Source: a bacterium
Lineage (GTDB): Bacteria; Zhuqueibacterota; Zhuqueibacteria; Oceanimicrobiales; Oceanimicrobiaceae
DNA length: 64,000 nucleotides
Assembly: GCA_037446635.1 (NCBI GenBank)
Contig: JBBIIG010000001.1
Location: forward strand, 53,638-117,637
Reading direction: 5' to 3'
Below are positions 58,206 through 64,000 of the stretch, in pieces (the stretch's first letter is position 1; every line of letters starts with the position of its first letter). A program made the position numbers and the translations under genes. The notes below the pieces were generated by a model, which had not been told where the DNA came from, made no database searches, and was given only the letters and a program-made list of their open reading frames with translations.

Positions 58206-60392
58206 TTAATGCAAAACTTCAAGATTGGCGTATTTCACCACTAACCGCTTCTCCCCGACATCGTAGAATCGCACGTTGACCTTCATATTTTCCCCGCGTC
58301 CTTCAAGTTTGATGACTTTGCCAACCCCGAACAACTCATGCTTTACTTCCCCTCCCAAAACGATCTGCGAATAACCATCCCGCAAATCGTCCTCCTCATT
58401 CTTCACCATTTCTTCAGCAACTGGTTTTTCAGATCGAAAGTGATAAAGGCGGCGCAGGTTTTTTCGTTCGATGAATTGCGGATCCAGTTCTTTGAGAAAT
58501 CGCGAGGGCAAATTGTGAAAACTATCGCCAAATCGCGGCCGCACCGCAGCCCAGGAGATGAAAAGCTTTTCTTGCGCGCGGGTGGTTCCCACATAAAACA
58601 GCCGCCGTTCTTCTTCGAGGTCAGCGATGTCATCAAACGTGCGCGAAAGGGGGAACAGGCCTTCTTCGAGACCGGTGATGAAAACTACCGGGAATTCCAG
58701 CCCTTTGGCGCTGTGCAGCGTCATGAGCGTGACGGCGTTGGATTGATCGTCCCAGGTATCGATGTCGGTTAACAAAGCCACTTCTTCCAAAAAGGTTTCG
58801 AGATTCGATCCTTTATTCGATTTGGCATAATTCGCGATGGCCAGCAACAGCTCGCGGACGTTTTCCATGCGGCTAAAAGATTCTTCGGTGTTGATTTCTT
58901 TGAAGGCTCGTAATATGCCGATCTCATCCACCAGGGTCTGCGCCAACTCACCCGCGGAAAGCTCGCGCCGCAGCGAGGCGTACTTGGCGATGAGTTGTTG
59001 AAATTCAAAAATGCTTTTACGGATGCGCGGCGCAATAGCGTTAACCTCCTCGACTCGCGCGGCGGCAGCTAACAGCGAAATAGCATGCGCTTTTGCAAAT
59101 TCTTCTAATTTTAACACCGAGGCGTCGCCGATTCCACGCAGCGGAAAATTAATGACGCGCTTAAAACTGATGGAGTCGTTGGCGTTGCAAATTAAACGCA
59201 GATAGGCCAGAACATCTTTGATCTCCTTGCGCTCGTAAAATTTGACGCTGCCTACCACCACATAAGGAATAGCGGCCTGGCGCAGCGCGTCTTCCAACAC
59301 GCGCGACTGCGCGTTCGTGCGATATAAAATGGCGAAATCAGAAAAGTTGCGGCCGTTTTCCACCAACTCGTCTTTGATGACGCCGATGATCGTCAGGGCT
59401 TCGCTGAACGCATCATCCAACTCCAGGATCGTCACTTTCTCCCCGTCTTCCTTTTCGGTCCAAAGAGTTTTTTCGCGGCGGAATTGATTATTTTTAACGA
59501 TGGAATTGGCAGCGTTAAGGATCGACCTGGTCGAGCGGTAGTTCTGCTCCAGATGAAAAATCTTGCATTCCGGAAAGTCTTTTTCCAGGCTGAGAATATT
59601 TTGGATATCGGCGCCGCGCCAGCGATAAATCGCTTGATCGTCATCGCCAACCACACATAAGTTTTTGTGGCGGCCAGACAAGTACTTCAAAAAAATATAT
59701 TGGGTGCGATTGGTGTCCTGAAATTCATCGACCAGGATGTATGAAAATTTATTCTGGTAATGTTCTAAAACCTCCGGATACTGTTGAAACAAAAACAGCG
59801 GGTTGACCAGCAGGTCGTCAAAATCCATGACGTTGTTTTGTTTGAGCAAACTTTGATAAAGGGGATAAATTCGCGCCACGGTGTATTCAAACGGCGCTTT
59901 GGCGATGGCCTGGTATTCGCTGGAGCTGACAAAGGCGTTTTTGGCGCCGCTGATGGCGTTGAGAATCGCTTCCGGCTGGAAATCCTTTTCCGAAACGTTC
60001 AGCTCATTCATCACGTTTTTGATGAAACGCTTCTGGTCTTCGCGGTCGAAGATCAGAAAATTTTTACCGTAGCCCAAGCGTTCGGCCTCCGCCCGCAAAA
60101 TGCGCGCACAAATAGAATGAAACGTGCCAATCCACGCCTCCCTGCCGCCGCCATTTGAGAGCTGCAGAATCCGCTCTTTCATTTCATTGGCGGCTTTATT
60201 GGTAAATGTGACCGCGAGGATCTGCCACGGCTTCACCCCTTTTTGCTCGAGCAGGTAAGCAACCCGATGCGTCAACACGCGAGTTTTGCCGCTGCCGGCG
60301 CCGGCCAAAATCAGCACCGGCCCGTCGCTGCACAACACCGCCTGCCGCTGCGCGGGATTTAAAGACGTTAGTAAGTGCGAATGATTATTCAC
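58206..60392 (-). CDS. pcrA: ATP-dependent DNA helicase PcrA/UvrD
   Basis: LAGAGSGKTRVLT; TFTNKAANEM; VDEFQDTN; VVGDDDQAIY; LEQNYRST; TLHSAKGLEF; EERRLFYV. GTG start at 60392 assumed. Confidence 0.93.
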   Translation of the reverse strand: MNNHSHLLTSLNPAQRQAVLCSDGPVLILAGAGSGKTRVLTHRVAYLLEQKGVKPWQILAVTFTNKAANEMKERILQLSNGGGREAWIGTFHSICARILRAEAERLGYGKNFLIFDREDQKRFIKNVMNELNVSEKDFQPEAILNAISGAKNAFVSSSEYQAIAKAPFEYTVARIYPLYQSLLKQNNVMDFDDLLVNPLFLFQQYPEVLEHYQNKFSYILVDEFQDTNRTQYIFLKYLSGRHKNLCVVGDDDQAIYRWRGADIQNILSLEKDFPECKIFHLEQNYRSTRSILNAANSIVKNNQFRREKTLWTEKEDGEKVTILELDDAFSEALTIIGVIKDELVENGRNFSDFAILYRTNAQSRVLEDALRQAAIPYVVVGSVKFYERKEIKDVLAYLRLICNANDSISFKRVINFPLRGIGDASVLKLEEFAKAHAISLLAAAARVEEVNAIAPRIRKSIFEFQQLIAKYASLRRELSAGELAQTLVDEIGILRAFKEINTEESFSRMENVRELLLAIANYAKSNKGSNLETFLEEVALLTDIDTWDDQSNAVTLMTLHSAKGLEFPVVFITGLEEGLFPLSRTFDDIADLEEERRLFYVGTTRAQEKLFISWAAVRPRFGDSFHNLPSRFLKELDPQFIERKNLRRLYHFRSEKPVAEEMVKNEEDDLRDGYSQIVLGGEVKHELFGVGKVIKLEGRGENMKVNVRFYDVGEKRLVVKYANLEVLH

Positions 60393-61428
60393 TCGTCGCC
60401 TTCGTGCGTTTGTTGACTTCCCGGCGATAGCGATCAAACTTAGCTTTCGCACGCAAATGCTCTTCATAAGTGCGGCTGAACGTGTGGCTGCCATCGCCGT
60501 TCGCCACAAAATATAAATAATCCACCGCCGCCGGAAATAGACTGGCGCGAATGGAGGCGATGCCGGGATTGTTCACTGGCCCCGGCGGTAACCCCGAATA
60601 TTTGTAGGTGTTATACGGAGAATCGATTTCCAAATCGCGTTTCAACAAACGGCGGGGGCCATCGCGGATAATATACTGGACGGTGGGGTCGGCCTGCAGC
60701 AGCAGGCGTTTCCGCAAGCGATTGTGATAAACCGCGGCGATGATTTCCCGCTCCGACTCGATAACGGCTTCGCCTTCGATAATTGAAGCGAGCGTGACGG
60801 CCTGCAGTAACGTGAGGCCCGACTCCTGGAGCCGGTCTTGAAGCTGCTCATCAAATTTTTTATGAAATTGATTGACCATTCTTTGAATGACCTCTTCCGG
60901 CCCCATCCCCCAATAGAAATCGTACGTTTCCGGATACAGGAACCCCTCCAGGCTCGACGCCGCGACGCCCAACTGCTGCGCATAAGCCGGATCGAAAACC
61001 AATTCCATGAATCGCAGCGAATCCATTTCTATCTTGCTTTGCAGAATCGACGCGATTTGGCGCGCCGATTTTCCCTCGGCGATGGTCACCCACTCAACTT
61101 TTACTTTGCCCTGCGTCAATTGCTGCAACAGCCGGTAACTGGAAGTGCCGCCGGCGACCTCATATTTTCCAGCCCGAATTTTGTTTTTGCAATTGAGAAG
61201 CTCTGCCGCCCAATTCACACGCTTTTGGTCGCGAAGGATTCCTTCTTCCATCAGCAACTTGACGATGCCGGCGAAGGTCATGCCGCTTTTGATTTTCAGG
61301 GTATAGGTGGTCGCTTCACCGCCCGGCACAACCGCTGAAAACAACAGCCAATAAGCGAACCCGGTGGCGGTCAAAATTATCGCCGTTAGCGGCAGTATCA
61401 GTTTAGCCTTCAGTTTCACAAACTTCAA
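60385..61428 (-). CDS. mltG: Endolytic transglycosylase MltG (YceG)
   Basis: [55 protein letters not shown]. Confidence 0.95.
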   Translation of the reverse strand: MKFVKLKAKLILPLTAIILTATGFAYWLLFSAVVPGGEATTYTLKIKSGMTFAGIVKLLMEEGILRDQKRVNWAAELLNCKNKIRAGKYEVAGGTSSYRLLQQLTQGKVKVEWVTIAEGKSARQIASILQSKIEMDSLRFMELVFDPAYAQQLGVAASSLEGFLYPETYDFYWGMGPEEVIQRMVNQFHKKFDEQLQDRLQESGLTLLQAVTLASIIEGEAVIESEREIIAAVYHNRLRKRLLLQADPTVQYIIRDGPRRLLKRDLEIDSPYNTYKYSGLPPGPVNNPGIASIRASLFPAAVDYLYFVANGDGSHTFSRTYEEHLRAKAKFDRYRREVNKRTKATSE

Positions 61429-61895
61429 ACTGCGACTTTATTTTTGTTTAGAAAATAATCCCGTAATATTTTTTGATGATCGAATGCCAATTCAGGTAGA
61501 TCATCGTCTGCGAAAGCAGCAGCAGCGCCGGCATCGTCGCCCGCCTGGAGCTCTCCCCTGCCCTCCGCCGTGAACACCACGCTCACCGTGTGGCCGCGGG
61601 GGTCGCGCTGGGGAGCGGAATAAACACCGAACAAATTGCGCAGTGTTACCTCCAAAGAAGTTTCCTCCCTGGCTTCGCGAATGGCGGCGGCCTCGACCGT
61701 CTCCCCATATTCAACGAAACCGCCGGGCAGCGCCCACCCAGACGGTGGATTTTTCCGCTGGATTAAAACAATTCTGTTAGAGGCCTCCGGCAACTCGATG
61801 ATAAGATCAACCGTCAGCGCCGGCCGCCTCAACTCCGGAATGGCGCGGCCGCAATGTGGACACACAAAATGGAATTTTTTGATTTGAGAAATCAC
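61425..61895 (-). CDS. NUDIX hydrolase (ADP-ribose pyrophosphatase/MutT-like)
   Basis: [42 protein letters not shown]. Confidence 0.92.
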   Translation of the reverse strand: MISQIKKFHFVCPHCGRAIPELRRPALTVDLIIELPEASNRIVLIQRKNPPSGWALPGGFVEYGETVEAAAIREAREETSLEVTLRNLFGVYSAPQRDPRGHTVSVVFTAEGRGELQAGDDAGAAAAFADDDLPELAFDHQKILRDYFLNKNKVAV

Positions 61896-62650
61896 GTTTG
61901 CCGGAACAACAATAAAATATTGTAGAGAGAATGGGTGTAGGCCGTGACGCCGATTCCCCTGAAAATGAACAGCACTGAAAACGCTACCCCGGCCAAAAAA
62001 CGAAACACCAGCGATTGGAGATCCAGCGGTTCGTTGAAAATTTCCAAGTGGTGACTGTACGCAAACAACAGCGAGCTGATGACAATGGCGATGCTGTAGT
62101 TTACACTGGAACGCCAGGAAAAAAAATACTGCATTCCCATAACCAAAACGGTTAGAAGAATGAAACGGAAAAAAAATTCTTCGTAAACACCCGAGCCGAG
62201 ATGAACAACGAACGCGGCGACTTTCGTCTGGTTAAGGTTTGCATTGCCATCAGACAAAAAAATTGCGGATATAAAGCCCACCACCAATCCGAACATCAAC
62301 GCATACGACAAACTTTCCAGCAACATAAAAGCAAAACGCACGGGCTTGCGTGTGAACTTAGCGATGGTCTTTTTCTCTTTGACGACTAACCAGATCAAAA
62401 AAAATGCAGGCATCAACAACGCAAACCCTGCGTGAACTTTCATTGAGTTGAGAAGAGTCTTCAGCAACAAATCCACTCCCGTGCGCGACTCGCCCAACCA
62501 TCCCTCGTTTATTTGGTAAGCTGAGATTTCATAGGCCATCCACAAAGGCGTGATGAACAACCAACCGATGACCGGACTTTGAGACAGCCGCCAGTAGTCA
62601 CTGCGAAAAATTCTCCGCAACAATTGGGCTCTAAAAAATTGGAAGCACAA
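61892..62650 (-). CDS. CPBP (CAAX/Abi) family intramembrane glutamic protease
   Basis: Multi-[37 protein letters not shown]. True start is probably slightly downstream of 62650. Confidence 0.82.
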   Translation of the reverse strand: MCFQFFRAQLLRRIFRSDYWRLSQSPVIGWLFITPLWMAYEISAYQINEGWLGESRTGVDLLLKTLLNSMKVHAGFALLMPAFFLIWLVVKEKKTIAKFTRKPVRFAFMLLESLSYALMFGLVVGFISAIFLSDGNANLNQTKVAAFVVHLGSGVYEEFFFRFILLTVLVMGMQYFFSWRSSVNYSIAIVISSLLFAYSHHLEIFNEPLDLQSLVFRFLAGVAFSVLFIFRGIGVTAYTHSLYNILLLFRQT

Positions 62651-62739
62651 TATATAAATTCACCTGTGGAATGTCAAGGCTTTAATTCTCCGCCGCGCGG
62701 ATTTTTTTAGCTTGACATTTCAACGAATTTTGATATATT
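62649..62739. promoter_or_regulatory. Divergent sigma-70-type promoters
   Basis: - strand TTGACA-17-TATATT (62677-62649); + strand TTGACA-16-TATATT with extended TG (62712-62739). Confidence 0.6.
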
Positions 62740-62778
62740 CTTAGCCAAAATTTTAATCACCAAACCAAACGTCAAATT

Positions 62779-63096
62779 ATGTTAGCACATGTGAACTTTA
62801 CCCCGGTCGGAAGCGGCGAAGAAACCAAAGAACTCGTCGCAAAAGCGCTAAAGATCATCGAGAAGAGCGAGCTGGACTATCAATTGACTGCGATGGGAAT
62901 TATCATCGAAGGCGATTGGGAAGAGGTGATGACGCTTATTAAAAAATGCCACGACGAAATCAAACATTTTGCGGAGCGCGTGGTGACCAACATCGCGGTT
63001 GACGACCGGAAGGATTTGAACAATCGTTTGAAAAATGCCGTGCTCGAAATCGAGTACGCCGTGGGCGGCGCGCTCAAAACCGCCGGCCTGACCTAA
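62779..63096 (+). CDS. MTH1187/YkoF-like (DUF77, thiamine-binding) protein
   Basis: FTPVG...ALKIIEKSELDYQLTAMGIIIEGDWEEVM...CH...RVVTNIAVDDR. Confidence 0.85.
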   Translation: MLAHVNFTPVGSGEETKELVAKALKIIEKSELDYQLTAMGIIIEGDWEEVMTLIKKCHDEIKHFAERVVTNIAVDDRKDLNNRLKNAVLEIEYAVGGALKTAGLT

Positions 63097-63208
63097 ACAG
63101 GCTGAGCGGTCAAAAAGCGATGGCAATGGGTGACGAAGCCATCTCATCGTTTTATGAATTGCAGGCGTGACAAGTATTTCGACTCACGCCTTATTTTTTT
63201 GCGCGATT

Positions 63209-63934
63209 ATGGAGTTAAAAAATAAAGTTGCGTTGGTGACCGGCGGAGCGGTGCGCGTTGGAAAAGCAATTGCTCTTGGCTTGGCAAAAGAAGGGGCGCA
63301 AGTGGCGATTCACTATCACCGTTCAAAACAAGAGGCTGAAAAGACGCTTGCAGAAATCAACGCGATGGGTGGAAGCGGTTGGCTGGTTGCCGGCGATTTC
63401 AGCCGGGTCGCCGATATTGAAAACGTTGTGGCCGCCTGCTTTCAGAAATTCAACCGCATCGACATCCTTATCAACAACGCCGCGATTTATTTTCCAACCC
63501 CCTTCGGCGAAACCACGGAGCAACAGTGGGATGATCTGATGAAGATCAATCTCAAGGCGCCCTTTTTCTGCGCGCAAGCGGTTGCCAAAGTGATGAAGCA
63601 GGGTAAAATCATCAACATTGCGGACGTGGCCGGCATCGACCCGTGGCCGGGCTTTCTGCCCTATTCGATTTCCAAAGCCGGATTGATTGCGCTGACCCAA
63701 GGCCTGGCGAAAACGTTGGCACCCAATATCCAAGTGAATGCCATTGCAGCGGGGACGGTGCTGCTGCAGGACAACGCGCCGGCAGAATATAAAAAAGAGA
63801 TCGAAGAGTTGTCGCTTCTAAAAAAAATCGGCTCGCCGGCCGACATTGTGAATACCGTGCTCTATCTGTTGCAGGGCAGCGATTTTCTCACCGGCGCCGT
63901 CATTCCCGTGGAGGGCGGCCGGCTGCTTGTTTAA
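63209..63934 (+). CDS. SDR oxidoreductase, pteridine reductase/FolM-like
   Basis: ALVTGGAVRVG (Arg in the Gly motif); IHYHRS; NNAAIY; IINIAD; YSISK. Confidence 0.85.
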   Translation: MELKNKVALVTGGAVRVGKAIALGLAKEGAQVAIHYHRSKQEAEKTLAEINAMGGSGWLVAGDFSRVADIENVVAACFQKFNRIDILINNAAIYFPTPFGETTEQQWDDLMKINLKAPFFCAQAVAKVMKQGKIINIADVAGIDPWPGFLPYSISKAGLIALTQGLAKTLAPNIQVNAIAAGTVLLQDNAPAEYKKEIEELSLLKKIGSPADIVNTVLYLLQGSDFLTGAVIPVEGGRLLV

Positions 63935-64000
63935 AAAAACAGCGCGCGTTTCGGAAACAAACCAAAAATCCCGCCGGTATGAATAAACAAGACGTTTTCG

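Overview
Bacterial chromosomal window. The gene set (YPNPFNP/FlgD-Ig C-terminal sorting domains, a PorV-like barrel, a stand-alone PASTA gene) suggests an FCB-related diderm such as KSB1/Calditrichota/Ignavibacteria; this is inference only. 1-22.0 kb (+): a SusD-less glycan uptake/processing locus with a CBM-like secreted protein, TonB-dependent receptor, large Asp-rich secreted protein, PorV-like protein, PpiC foldase lipoprotein, sugar ABC SBP plus 2 permeases, a pair of genes sharing an uncharacterised helical enzyme domain (one stand-alone, one fused to GT4), GH130 and a LamG/PKD secreted protein. Many junctions carry REP/MITE/heptamer repeats. 22.1-27.2 kb (-): a flagellar-type regulatory cassette with no structural flagellar genes (FlbD/FlgR-like sigma54 activator, tandem dyad enhancer plus -24/-12 promoter, then AT-richer fliA, GAF, truncated FlgA-like, csrA, TPR). 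27-64 kb is mostly housekeeping (birA, mutase, xerD, csp, rpe, rsmB, fmt, def, yajC, tgt, radA, hisS, hutH, purL, uvrC, mce, nadC, pcrA, mltG). It also holds a candidate sigma54-driven small RNA (about 39.19-39.34 kb), a DUF6883/DUF4926 toxin-antitoxin-like insert with a frameshifted second DUF4926, and an ECF/anti-sigma/VIT-vWA module. I saw no tRNA, rRNA, CRISPR or transposase. All calls come from motif recognition by eye; no searches were run.
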